Position numbers and translations under genes: made by a program. The notes under the pieces are model-generated. The model worked only from the letters and a program-made list of their open reading frames with translations, did no database searches and was not told the origin of the DNA. From a virus, in IMG/VR virus record IMGVR_UViG_3300005288_000001, positions 32,001-96,000 of that record: a stretch of 64,000 nucleotides of DNA. The stretch is one strand, 5' to 3'. This document shows, piece by piece, positions 6,497 through 15,032 of the stretch (position 1 is its first letter; each line of letters opens with the position of its first letter).

Positions 6497-6571
6497 TGGT
6501 ATCCTGTATGGGTTACGCTCCCATCTATGCCGGTTGAAAGCCGGGTGACCACTCTAGCAGTCGCACAGGAT
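6497..6571 (-). tRNA. tRNA-Glu(TTC), atypical T-loop
   Basis: Loop CTTTCAA, T-loop AGCGTAA. Confidence 0.8.
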
Positions 6572-6582
6572 GTAAATACATT

Positions 6583-6661
6583 TGGCTCCACACACTGGAA
6601 TCGAACCAGTCTAATCATTGATTAACAGTCAAGTCCTTGCACCTTGCTTGGATTCTGTGGA
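6583..6661 (-). tRNA. tRNA-Asn(GTT)
   Basis: Loop CTGTTAA, GCCA end. Confidence 0.85.
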
Positions 6662-6669
6662 ACATAATA

Positions 6670-6747
6670 TGGTGGGGCAGGGTGGACTTGAACCACCGAC
6701 TCACCGGTGCAAAACCCGGCCGCTCTAATTCACTGAGCTACTACCCC
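6670..6747 (-). tRNA. tRNA with 8-nt anticodon loop (GTTTTGCA), identity undetermined
   Basis: Canonical acceptor, D and T arms; GCCGG-GTTTTGCA-CCGGT. Confidence 0.7.
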
Positions 6748-6754
6748 GAAAATT

Positions 6755-6837
6755 TGGTGGACGCCGTAGGTAACGCTCCTACTCAGTCGTAACGGGTGCT
6801 TTACAGGCACTTAGGCTCTCTTAGGCCCAGGACGTCC
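6755..6837 (-). tRNA. tRNA-Tyr(GTA)
   Basis: Loop CTGTAAA, extended variable region, T-loop AGCGTTA. Confidence 0.8.
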
Positions 6838-7060
6838 AAATTTATCATTAGAAAGAACACTCATTTTCGTCGTCCACCCACACTATTCTCGGGGCTTCAA
6901 GACCTATAAGAGCTCTTACTAATGATATCCCGACGGCGGCGCTTCACAGCGAGCCAAACGTTACTGCCGTACAAACTGGCAGCCGTTATAGTCAGGAATC
7001 ATTTCCTACAAATTTTTAAGGAGCGAAGCGGTAACTACGATCAGCTACCAGCGTTTAGTA

Positions 7061-7190
7061 ATTATACGCTACTTTCGTTAGAACAGCTAGCGTTTAACAA
7101 CCGATTTTACGACTTAGTAGTTTCAGCGTTTAGCTTCAACTACCGGGTCAGTACGTTAATTATACCGTGTATAAGCAGGGTTCACATAAA
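7061..7190 (-). promoter_or_regulatory. Tandem sigma70-like promoters driving the tRNA array
   Basis: GCGTATAAT (near 7061) and CGGTATAAT (near 7159), upstream of the first tRNA. Confidence 0.55.
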
Positions 7191-7210
7191 ACAAACTCAA
7201 CTGCTCCAAC

Positions 7211-7243
7211 AAAAAGACCCTGTCACTTTTCAGCGGCAGGGTC
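7211..7243 (-). terminator. Rho-independent terminator
   Basis: GACCCTGCCGC-TGAAAA-GTGACAGGGTC followed by TTTTT. Confidence 0.7.
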
Positions 7244-7423
7244 AAGTTATCATGGGGACGACTTGACGCACTACCGATCGAATTCTCCGCGAATTGCTTG
7301 AGCGACCGTATTCCAACCACAGGCTGGTACGTTATGCTTCGGCAGTGTATAGAGACTTTTTGTCATAGTGGACTACTTATACGCGATCTTCGAGTTATGG
7401 AGGAGAAATTACAAATATTTACT

Positions 7424-7675
7424 CTATCCAGCAAAAGTATCTGATGATCCTTCGATACAGGCTTGTCCATCGCTGGCCAGATCAGCCACACGGTGGACAC
7501 GAAGACCATTGACATATACTGAGGCGGATGCACCAACGGCAGTGGAACCGTCCTGATACAGGGAACCAACTACGGCACAAGGAATGCCGTTGATAAAGAC
7601 GCTGCCGGAATAGTTAGCAACGATTGGTGACAGGTTGGTTTTTCTGTCGAAGCGACGAGCAATATTAGAGGCCAT
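7424..7675 (-). CDS. PAAR-repeat spike tip protein (gp5.4-like)
   Basis: SVFINGIPCAVVG and SVYVNGLRVHRVAD repeats, C-terminal EGSSDTFAG; late-type CTAAATA upstream. Confidence 0.8.
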   Translation of the reverse strand: MASNIARRFDRKTNLSPIVANYSGSVFINGIPCAVVGSLYQDGSTAVGASASVYVNGLRVHRVADLASDGQACIEGSSDTFAG

Positions 7676-7678
7676 CCA

Positions 7679-8257
7679 TTATTTAGGCGGCAGTATGATA
7701 TGTACTTTGTCGTTATCGATACCAAGAATCTTTTCGCAGTCACGATAGTTCTTGAAACTGAAGCCTTCGTTAGCGTCACACTTGACAAAGTGATCGGACA
7801 GTTCATCGCGGAACTGTGTCACCCCATGAAACTGATCCACGTCATCTAGGATAATGAAGTTCTCAATGTTGAGCCCTTCGTTCAGTTCCAACCAACGATT
7901 GATTTCGTCACCACGTGTTCGCGTTGGAGTGGTGATGTCAGGAGTGGCATCGATGACTAGAGTGTAGTCAAGACCCAGTTCCTCCAGGTAAAGACCCATA
8001 CGAAACAGGTCTACCTGATCCCTTGAAAAGCCACCTTCAACTGCCACTGTACCAGGCAGTAGATAGTCGTACCGGTGGCTAGAGCTTAGGACAATGAGCA
8101 GGTTATTGTCCTTACAAAGACGATTAACCATGGCGACGGCAGTTTTGTCCATACCGTCGATCATGATCTGCTTAAAGGTCTTACTCTTCATCGGAGTTAC
8201 GAGAGCCGTACGACTGGAGTTAAGGACACCGTCGATGTCCAGGAATAGAATCTTCAT
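7679..8257 (-). CDS. HAD-superfamily phosphatase (RNA-repair 'Swiss Army Knife' type)
   Basis: FLDIDGVLN, IVLSSS, RGDEI, IILDD motifs. Confidence 0.8.
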   Translation of the reverse strand: MKILFLDIDGVLNSSRTALVTPMKSKTFKQIMIDGMDKTAVAMVNRLCKDNNLLIVLSSSHRYDYLLPGTVAVEGGFSRDQVDLFRMGLYLEELGLDYTLVIDATPDITTPTRTRGDEINRWLELNEGLNIENFIILDDVDQFHGVTQFRDELSDHFVKCDANEGFSFKNYRDCEKILGIDNDKVHIILPPK

Positions 8258-8802
8258 GATCTTCGGCGGGTTAGACCCGCCTTTACGTCTTTCATGTCTT
8301 CGTCAGAAACATACATAGGACCACCCTTGTTATACAGAGGAGCGGTCCTATGCGCTAGAGCAGCTTTCGCTTGCTCAAGGTCCTCATCATACGTAATAGT
8401 CCCTCCAGCCCCCATTGGCTGGCTTTTGATCCGCAGGCTTGGGTTCGTCGTGTCTCTTGGGATGGGGCCAAGGACTTTTGAGATAATCAGCGGTTCGCGA
8501 ACGGAGCGGGATGAAACCCTTCGGCTCGAAACCACGGTCGATTGCGGCTTGGAGTTCTTGTGCGAGGTCAGGGAGCGGGTGGGTTGAGGTGAGGATGGAC
8601 CCCCAGTCTGGCTCGAGAACTTTCCTGAAAGAGGATCCGTCTTCTCGTATGCAGTGAGTTTCCGGTCGGACTTCAGGGAATTCGTCTGGTATTTCCCGCT
8701 GAACGGCTGCAGCTTCTCGTATTTCGAAGTAATCCCATTCCACTGATCCTGCAGCTCTTGCTGCTTCTTCGTTAACTTCTTTGATGTCCGTGATTTTGTC
8801 AT
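8254..8802 (-). CDS. Basic hypothetical protein
   Basis: K/S-rich ORF with C-terminal APLYNKGGPMYV; ATGA-coupled to the HAD gene. Confidence 0.6.
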   Translation of the reverse strand: MTKSRTSKKLTKKQQELQDQWNGITSKYEKLQPFSGKYQTNSLKSDRKLTAYEKTDPLSGKFSSQTGGPSSPQPTRSLTSHKNSKPQSTVVSSRRVSSRSVREPLIISKVLGPIPRDTTNPSLRIKSQPMGAGGTITYDEDLEQAKAALAHRTAPLYNKGGPMYVSDEDMKDVKAGLTRRRS

Positions 8803-9277
8803 ACGCGATCTCTAAGTCAGTATTGAGATTATACCGTAGACTCAGACGATGTATAGCATCAATATCAGGCAACACTTTGTGAATCGTAGCGCCATTCTTA
8901 AGAAGAAATCGGAGACCTGCGTCATCCCTGTAGTGCCAACGGAAGTAGTAGTCGCGAACGCCTGCATGATAAAGGTCCTGGGCGCATTCAATACAAGGTG
9001 CATGGGTCACGAAAAGTGCTGCGCCAGTGGCCTTCTCGTTGGTGGTCCATAGCTTGTTAAGAGCATTGATCTCTGCATGTCGCACGGTTGGAAGGGTCTT
9101 ACCGTCGGCACCTTCACAACAGTTATCTTGACCAGGTTTGGTTCCATTGTATCCAATGGCAATCGGAGTCCCATCCTTAACAAGGAGAGCACCCACTTTG
9201 AGTCGCTGGCAAGAACTAAGTTTAGCATACTCTGTCGCCACATTCATGTGGGCGAATACGAATTTACGTTTGATCAA
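8387..9277 (-). CDS. cd: dCMP deaminase (ComEB-like) with long C-terminal overlap
   Basis: SSCQRLKVGA, GYNG, HAEINAL, PCIEC zinc motifs. Confidence 0.9.
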   Translation of the reverse strand: MIKRKFVFAHMNVATEYAKLSSCQRLKVGALLVKDGTPIAIGYNGTKPGQDNCCEGADGKTLPTVRHAEINALNKLWTTNEKATGAALFVTHAPCIECAQDLYHAGVRDYYFRWHYRDDAGLRFLLKNGATIHKVLPDIDAIHRLSLRYNLNTDLEIAYDKITDIKEVNEEAARAAGSVEWDYFEIREAAAVQREIPDEFPEVRPETHCIREDGSSFRKVLEPDWGSILTSTHPLPDLAQELQAAIDRGFEPKGFIPLRSRTADYLKSPWPHPKRHDEPKPADQKPANGGWRDYYV

Positions 9278-9624
9278 AACAGTTTACCTCCATGGCGAAA
9301 CGGCCGAGTTGAATTGTACGTCATCTTGGCCAACATAGCTTCCGCAATACGCAGATTGTTGGAAGCCGCATAGTCCATAACTCGAAGAACCACGTCAGCC
9401 AGTTCTTCCTCTTCACTTGTGTAATAAGGAATCTTTTCTGATGGTGGGTTACCGACTCGTAATGCGTCCTGGGTTTCAACCACTTCGCCAACGATCTGGA
9501 GCAGCTTCGAGTTACGCTCCATGATGGAATCCTCACCAGTGCGAGGACCCCAAACCTTGTCAGTAATATCTCGCGTCTCAGCCTGGGCGTCATACCAGGC
9601 TTCGATGAATTTACTCGGATTCAT
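9274..9624 (-). CDS. MazG-like nucleotide pyrophosphohydrolase
   Basis: GEVVE...EEELADV..R, KMTYNSTR. Confidence 0.8.
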   Translation of the reverse strand: MNPSKFIEAWYDAQAETRDITDKVWGPRTGEDSIMERNSKLLQIVGEVVETQDALRVGNPPSEKIPYYTSEEEELADVVLRVMDYAASNNLRIAEAMLAKMTYNSTRPFRHGGKLF

Positions 9625-10150
9625 TTACTCCTTCTGTTGATTCGCTATCAGCCACGGACTCGTCGTCTTTCGGCTTGTTCTTTGCACCAGGTGGACGACC
9701 CTTTCCACGAGGCTTTTCTTCACTTTTAGGAGGGGCCACGGCGGCAAACTCCTCTGGAATGTCAAGGATAATCTTCTTGATTACATCGAACGTAATGTTC
9801 GGGTAGAGACGACCGATGTCCTGATCCTTCATTGCGATAACCAGCTCAGCTTCGCTGACATGAAGTCCTTCCAGCAGCTGTACGAACTTTGCTTCACGGC
9901 GCAGCGGTGTTAGGTCGCTTCGCTTGTAGATGTAGAAGGTTCGCGTCTCCATCTGAAGGTTGCTTGGACTCATACCAAGAGGAGCTGCGTCCTGTCGGTA
10001 TGGTGGCGTTCCCTCCGGAAGCTCGAACTTGTTACGAGTATCGAAGCCATAGTAGAGCACCATGCGGAGGGCTACGTTGTCTTTGTATTTCAGAATGGCT
10101 TCAGGAGTTTCATTGATCTCCTTGAGAATCTCTACGATAAATTTTGTCAT
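9611..10150 (-). CDS. Conserved T4-like hypothetical protein with AT-hook-like tail
   Basis: LPEGTPPY, RREAKFVQLLEGLH..EAE, KGRPPG. Confidence 0.7.
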   Translation of the reverse strand: MTKFIVEILKEINETPEAILKYKDNVALRMVLYYGFDTRNKFELPEGTPPYRQDAAPLGMSPSNLQMETRTFYIYKRSDLTPLRREAKFVQLLEGLHVSEAELVIAMKDQDIGRLYPNITFDVIKKIILDIPEEFAAVAPPKSEEKPRGKGRPPGAKNKPKDDESVADSESTEGVNESE

Positions 10151-11064
10151 TAGAACTCTTGAATGTTGTCAATCAGTTGACGCATACGATGTTGGTTGAA
10201 ATAAGCCAGGATTTGCTTTTGGTCAGCTTTCCGGCCGCTCTTTGCTATGTAGTCAGCTACAATGTCGTCAGAAACTGACGCGGGGATTTGGGTCAGGTCA
10301 ACCAGCTTCTTGTTACGATCGAAGTTCTTACGTTCTTCATCGTTCAGGCAAGCGTCTCGACCCTTGATAACGAAATCTGCCAGGCGACCAGCGGTCACTG
10401 ACTTCTGGCGTGGCTTAGGGTCCAGCGTGAAGTGGTTATCTGGAGAATAGATGTTTGGTACACCGTCACCAGTATCACCCTTAACGATCTTCTCCATCAG
10501 ATCGAAAGCAATGCCGTCTCGGCTTGCCGTAACGTATTTCTTCAGAAGAGGGCTCCACTGACGCACGTTGGAATACTTGTGCAGCTGCTTAAAGTCGCCG
10601 TCAGACGAAAGGATAAGCGTTGGCTGTGGAACGTCGGTCTCAAGACCTACAGTGATCAGTTCATTCTCTTGGGTGAACTCACAGAGAACTGCGATTACGT
10701 CATCGGCTTCAGCCTCGTCTACACGAATCACTGGATAGGGGAAGATTTGAGTGAACTCTTCCTTAAACTGATTCGTCACGTCATGGATCAGTTGCCAGTC
10801 AAGTTCCGAGTCCTTGCGCATCTGTTTTCGCGACCACTTGTAGAACTCGAAGTCAGCACGGCGCCAGTAGTTACGACCGTCAGTGGCAATCACCACCTGA
10901 CCGTATTGGCGGCCGTACAGGCGCTTGTAAGACAACAGTGTAGCCAGGGTACTATGACGCACCAAATTGATGGCGGTGGCAGCATCGGTAACACCCTTCT
11001 TGAAGTCTTCAGGGTGTTGAACGATGTTGGCGATGCAGAGTTGAGAGAAGTCAGTTAGAATCAT
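10150..11064 (-). CDS. rnh: T4-type RNase H (5'-3' flap exonuclease)
   Basis: D-F-SQ, NYWRR, EADDVIA, SSDGDFKQL, KGDTGDGVPN. Confidence 0.95.
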   Translation of the reverse strand: MILTDFSQLCIANIVQHPEDFKKGVTDAATAINLVRHSTLATLLSYKRLYGRQYGQVVIATDGRNYWRRADFEFYKWSRKQMRKDSELDWQLIHDVTNQFKEEFTQIFPYPVIRVDEAEADDVIAVLCEFTQENELITVGLETDVPQPTLILSSDGDFKQLHKYSNVRQWSPLLKKYVTASRDGIAFDLMEKIVKGDTGDGVPNIYSPDNHFTLDPKPRQKSVTAGRLADFVIKGRDACLNDEERKNFDRNKKLVDLTQIPASVSDDIVADYIAKSGRKADQKQILAYFNQHRMRQLIDNIQEF

Positions 11065-11070
11065 AATGTG

Positions 11071-11286
11071 TTACATGAAGTCCTCGAGGTCCCCAAAGGT
11101 ATCCATCTTACCTGTTTGGGGAAGCACCTTTGGCTTGTCAGCCGGCGCATTCATGGACTGGAGTAGTTGATCGAGCGTTACGTTCTTAACGTAACCGTTG
11201 GCGATGAGGTATTGAGCGTGACGAATCTTCTTGTCACGCTCGTTTTCATCGGAGGGAAGTGTTGGTTCAGGTGCTACGGAGGTCAA
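11071..11286 (-). CDS. Small protein with C-terminal clamp-type peptide (LEDFM)
   Basis: 71-aa ORF coupled to its neighbours. Confidence 0.55.
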   Translation of the reverse strand: MTSVAPEPTLPSDENERDKKIRHAQYLIANGYVKNVTLDQLLQSMNAPADKPKVLPQTGKMDTFGDLEDFM

Positions 11287-12383
11287 GAGAATGCCTTAAT
11301 AAGGATCATGTCATCGGTAATACGAGCCGGAGGATTACCTCGCGAAGATTCGATACCAGCAAAGGCAGCACGCATGGATACCTTTCCTGTATTGAAGTTA
11401 GCGAAGAACTTCTCAGGCTTCTTCACGGTTTTGGCGCCGGAAGCTTCCTCGTCATAGTTCATAACCGTTTGGCCCGCGATACTCAGCTTCTCACCGGCCT
11501 TCGCCTTGTAGTAGATGAATCGGCGGTTCGTACGATAGGCGAAGAATTCATCAGCGCCAAGGATCGTTTCAGGATTAACTGATCGTAAGTTCAGTTCCAT
11601 AAACGATTCGAGATACTTCAGCTTGGCCACCGGTGAGGTCTTCGGAGCCTTGCTAACGCGAGGCTTACGCATCGCCTTGACGACTTGAGCGTGGTTCACC
11701 AGGTCCTGGAGAATGCCACGTACAAAGTCGTAAATTGTAGAGATTTCCTTTGCCTTCATGTGGGCATAGGCTTCATTGATAAACGGATCGGAACGTTCAA
11801 CCGCTGCCTTCAGTTCGAGAACCGTAGTGACGAGCTTCTCAGCCATCAGTTCGGCCACTGCAGGAGTGATATTGTTGTACAGGAGCCAGGGCTTCAGGGC
11901 GAACTCAGTTTTACCTGTCGTCCAGAATTCATCGACGGCACCCTGAATATCCTCACCATAGAACAGACGAGCGAGGGCTTCGTTTTTCTGATCAGCGGTA
12001 GGTCCGGCCTTAACGGCTTCAACGGGAGCCGCATCCTTCGCTTTGTACTTAGCGACGAGGCGGTTAACTTCCTTATCGATAAAGCTCAGATGCTCGTTCG
12101 ACAGATACATGTCGCGGTCGCGGGCATGCATCAGAGGACCGATTTGACTCAGTTCAAAGTCGGTAGAATCTTCAAGCCATTGGATGTCATCACGGCGATC
12201 CATCGATACCATACCGAACGCAACCCAGCGACGTCTTTCATCATCGCTCGAGCAGGTGGAATGGTAGTTCATATAATTCAGGATATCCTGATCATATGTA
12301 AGCATATTGATTGCAGGTTCCGCCTGACCCTTGATCGCATTACGCGCATGGGTTCGCTTTTCCTGTTCTGACATCTTGGCCAT
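11283..12383 (-). CDS. Conserved hypothetical phage protein
   Basis: 366-aa ORF with AGGAG RBS and upstream TATAAT. Confidence 0.75.
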   Translation of the reverse strand: MAKMSEQEKRTHARNAIKGQAEPAINMLTYDQDILNYMNYHSTCSSDDERRRWVAFGMVSMDRRDDIQWLEDSTDFELSQIGPLMHARDRDMYLSNEHLSFIDKEVNRLVAKYKAKDAAPVEAVKAGPTADQKNEALARLFYGEDIQGAVDEFWTTGKTEFALKPWLLYNNITPAVAELMAEKLVTTVLELKAAVERSDPFINEAYAHMKAKEISTIYDFVRGILQDLVNHAQVVKAMRKPRVSKAPKTSPVAKLKYLESFMELNLRSVNPETILGADEFFAYRTNRRFIYYKAKAGEKLSIAGQTVMNYDEEASGAKTVKKPEKFFANFNTGKVSMRAAFAGIESSRGNPPARITDDMILIKAFS

Positions 12384-12429
12384 ATTTACTCCTTTAGCAC
12401 ATTATACGTGCTTGAGTGGAAGGTTTGGC

Positions 12430-12582
12430 TGGTGGCCGACAAAGAGCCGGGACCGGCTTTCGCTTATTCTTCTGGGGTTTCGGGGAGACAGGTGTACTCT
12501 GGACTGACGATATTGTCGGTCGCAGAAGCCAAGCAACTTGCATAGGGATGGACGATGAGGGTTAATCGGTCACAGAGTACAT
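12430..12582 (-). ncRNA. Structured CCA-ended RNA downstream of tRNA(CAT)
   Basis: GACCGACAA/TTGTCGGCC-A-CCA; AGCCG-GTCC-CGGCT hairpin; TGTACTCTG/CAGAGTACA inverted repeat. Confidence 0.45.
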
Positions 12583-12589
12583 AATATAA

Positions 12590-12665
12590 TGGTGAGACGT
12601 GTTGGATTCGGACCAACGATCAAGGAATTATGAGTTCCCTGCTTTAACCTCTAAGCTAACGTCCC
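12590..12665 (-). tRNA. tRNA-Ile2/Met(CAT)
   Basis: GGGAA-CTCATAA-TTCCT, CCA end; GGTATAAT just upstream. Confidence 0.88.
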
Positions 12666-12710
12666 ACTTACCTCAATTATACCGCGACTATGCCCTGCGT
12701 AAAGAGCATA

Positions 12711-13115
12711 TCAATCTATTTTAACATGCTTAGTGTGGCAACGGAGCATGATCTGACGGTTGTAGAACTTGTCAGGGTTTTCTAGCACCCGTCTATCCAT
12801 CTGCTCACGAGCTTCAAGATAACCAAGGCTTCCCTTGTTCTTACAGTAATGGATGATCTGACGTAGGAAGGAATCTTCACCAAGCAATTCAATGTCAGCC
12901 TTCAGGAGCTCAGATGAACCCCAGTATTCCTTCCAATCTGAATCCACCTTGAAGCGTTTCTTCTTACCCTTCACCATCTTTGTCTTGGCGAACTTGGCGA
13001 GCTTCTTACCGATGTACTCGCGCCCGTCCTTTACGTTGATAATCCTATAGACAAAGCCAATGTATTCTTCTGGAATCGATTCAACGGGCATCCCGTTGTG
13101 ATCAATCCAAGTCAT
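12711..13115 (-). CDS. GIY-YIG family endonuclease
   Basis: GFVY..I...YIGKK, YWGSS, E..E, FYN. Confidence 0.8.
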   Translation of the reverse strand: MTWIDHNGMPVESIPEEYIGFVYRIINVKDGREYIGKKLAKFAKTKMVKGKKKRFKVDSDWKEYWGSSELLKADIELLGEDSFLRQIIHYCKNKGSLGYLEAREQMDRRVLENPDKFYNRQIMLRCHTKHVKID

Positions 13116-13254
13116 CTAAATCATCGTCTGGTTGACTAATGTCTGCAGCGCATACAGGACACACTGAGATATCGTGTTTCTTGAATTCGTCGTTCTTGAT
13201 TGTAATTTTGCCTTCGGCTCCGCAGCCGGGGCACTCGAAAAGTAGAGTAGCCAT
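13102..13254 (-). CDS. 50-aa zinc-ribbon protein
   Basis: Translated by hand: MATLLFECPGC...VCPVC...DDDLDDLD. Confidence 0.6.
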   Translation of the reverse strand: MATLLFECPGCGAEGKITIKNDEFKKHDISVCPVCAADISQPDDDLDDLD

Positions 13255-13273
13255 ATTGTTCCCTAGATGGTTG

Positions 13274-13297
13274 AAAAGGACCCCGAAAGGTCCTTTT
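13274..13297 (-). terminator. Rho-independent terminator after nrdA
   Basis: AAAAGGACC-TTTCGG-GGTCCTTTT. Confidence 0.8.
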
Positions 13298-13316
13298 ACT
13301 TAGGGATTTTTATCCT

Positions 13317-15032
13317 TTACATGCAGGCAGCACATTCTGCTTCAGTGGCACCTTGTACACCCGAAGACGTATACACGTAATACAGCCCCAGAATACGAGG
13401 GTCAAGGAAGGCAAGTTTGTGAATCTTGGCAATGTAACGAGGCGATGCATCGGCAGGGAAGAACAAGTTCAGTGATTGCCATTGATCCAGATATTGCGCA
13501 CGGGTCGAAGCCATACGAATGATTGCTTCTTGGGGAATCTCAAAGGCGGTGCGGAACACACGCTTCTCATCATCCGAAAGCCAATCAAACTGCTGGACCG
13601 ATCCCATACGATCCTTCAGGACCTTGAGAACCTTCTTGTTATGTACTCCGCGTTCCTTCATGATCTTCAGGAGCGCAGGGTTCACACGTTCAACTTCACC
13701 GGCAGATGTAAGCTGCGTAAAGCTCATAGCTGGGTCTGGATTGATACCTTCGCTAACGCCACCCATTAGAAGCGCAGTACTCTTTGTAGGAGCAATGGCC
13801 ATGCGGTGGGTATTGCGGATACCGTGTCCCTTACACCAGAACGGCTCACCCATTTCTTCTGCTAGATAGACAGAAGCACGGCGACTTTCCTTATTGATGT
13901 GATCGAAGATTTCCATGTTGGCAAAGTGCGCCTCCATAGAATCCCAGGCCATCATGTTATCTTGGAAGTAAGTATGAAGACCACAAGCACCAAGGCCCAG
14001 AGCCCGACCCTTTTCTGTAAAGCGAACGGCCTTTTCAAGACCGGGGATATTACGTGCACGTTCCAAAAACTCAGACACGACAGCGTCCAAGAAAACAGTT
14101 GCCCAAAATACTGCATCAGTGTCCTTCCATTCCTTGAAGCGAGCCACGTTCATAGACGAAAGCACACAAGTAAACGTGTGATCCTTGTCAGCGAACAGGG
14201 TGATTTCCGAGCAGAGGTTCGACGCCTTAACGAAAAGCTCATGCTCCTTGTAAGGGTTAGGACGTACACGGTTGATCTTGTCAGGGAACAAGAAGTATCC
14301 CTTGCCGTAGGTCATCTTCAGCTTCATGACCTTCTGGAAACGACGCAGGGCCTCGAAGTCCTTCGGGTCATCCAGACGCTTCAGGAATGCGTCGGAGATA
14401 TTCCAACCCACGTTAGCATCGTCAGGCTCAGCAAGAATGAAGTCTGCTAGCTCATCAAAGTCGCCATGTTCAATGTCCAGATAGCCAGCCCATGCACCAC
14501 GACGAGCGGTCCCTTGACTAACGTCGCGGGTCAGGTTGACGTGATCCTTATAGACTGGCATCATACCACTGGCTTTTCCACCAATGCTGATGTTCGCGCC
14601 ACGGTTACGGATATCGCCCATGTATGAAGAAGTGCCGAAGCCATTCTTCGTTAGCATAGCTGTCTCTAGCTGATTGTAATAGAAGCCATAAATCGAATCG
14701 TCAACCACACTCCCAGAACAGCTGATGGGGAGACCGCGATTAGTGCCCATGTTCGCCAAGACTGGAGTCGATGGCGAGAGCCAACCGTCCCAGAGAAGTC
14801 CGAAGAACTTGGTTTCAACGATGTCTTGGGAGTATCCCTTGAGGAAGACATGCTTGGCAGCGGTTTTTGCGATTCGCTCAAACTGTCCTCGGACCGAGCG
14901 ACCTTTGGTGTCGTATTCATACTTGTCCTTGAACATTTGATATCCGCCGGTGGAATACCACAGAGGGACTAGTCCCTCTAGCTGTAGACGTTTACGCTCT
15001 TCTGAGAGAGCTGTATATAGATTCTCTGACAT
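13317..15032 (-). CDS. nrdA: Ribonucleotide reductase class I alpha subunit
   Basis: PSTPVLAN, ISC, SNLCSEI, AIAPT, GLYY, C-terminal CAAC. Confidence 0.95.
   Translation of the reverse strand: MSENLYTALSEERKRLQLEGLVPLWYSTGGYQMFKDKYEYDTKGRSVRGQFERIAKTAAKHVFLKGYSQDIVETKFFGLLWDGWLSPSTPVLANMGTNRGLPISCSGSVVDDSIYGFYYNQLETAMLTKNGFGTSSYMGDIRNRGANISIGGKASGMMPVYKDHVNLTRDVSQGTARRGAWAGYLDIEHGDFDELADFILAEPDDANVGWNISDAFLKRLDDPKDFEALRRFQKVMKLKMTYGKGYFLFPDKINRVRPNPYKEHELFVKASNLCSEITLFADKDHTFTCVLSSMNVARFKEWKDTDAVFWATVFLDAVVSEFLERARNIPGLEKAVRFTEKGRALGLGACGLHTYFQDNMMAWDSMEAHFANMEIFDHINKESRRASVYLAEEMGEPFWCKGHGIRNTHRMAIAPTKSTALLMGGVSEGINPDPAMSFTQLTSAGEVERVNPALLKIMKERGVHNKKVLKVLKDRMGSVQQFDWLSDDEKRVFRTAFEIPQEAIIRMASTRAQYLDQWQSLNLFFPADASPRYIAKIHKLAFLDPRILGLYYVYTSSGVQGATEAECAACM

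Noticed and set aside
6885-6910. Twister ribozyme (GGTCTTGAAGCCC)
   Set aside because: I could not assemble P1/P2 or the pseudoknots by eye; kept only as a generic ncRNA candidate.
2577-7266. Track ORFs overlapping the tRNA array
   Set aside because: They run through clear tRNA cloverleafs and are spurious translations.
11071-11286. gp33 late co-activator
   Set aside because: It has a clamp-type tail and lies next to rnh, but I see no recognisable gp33 core.
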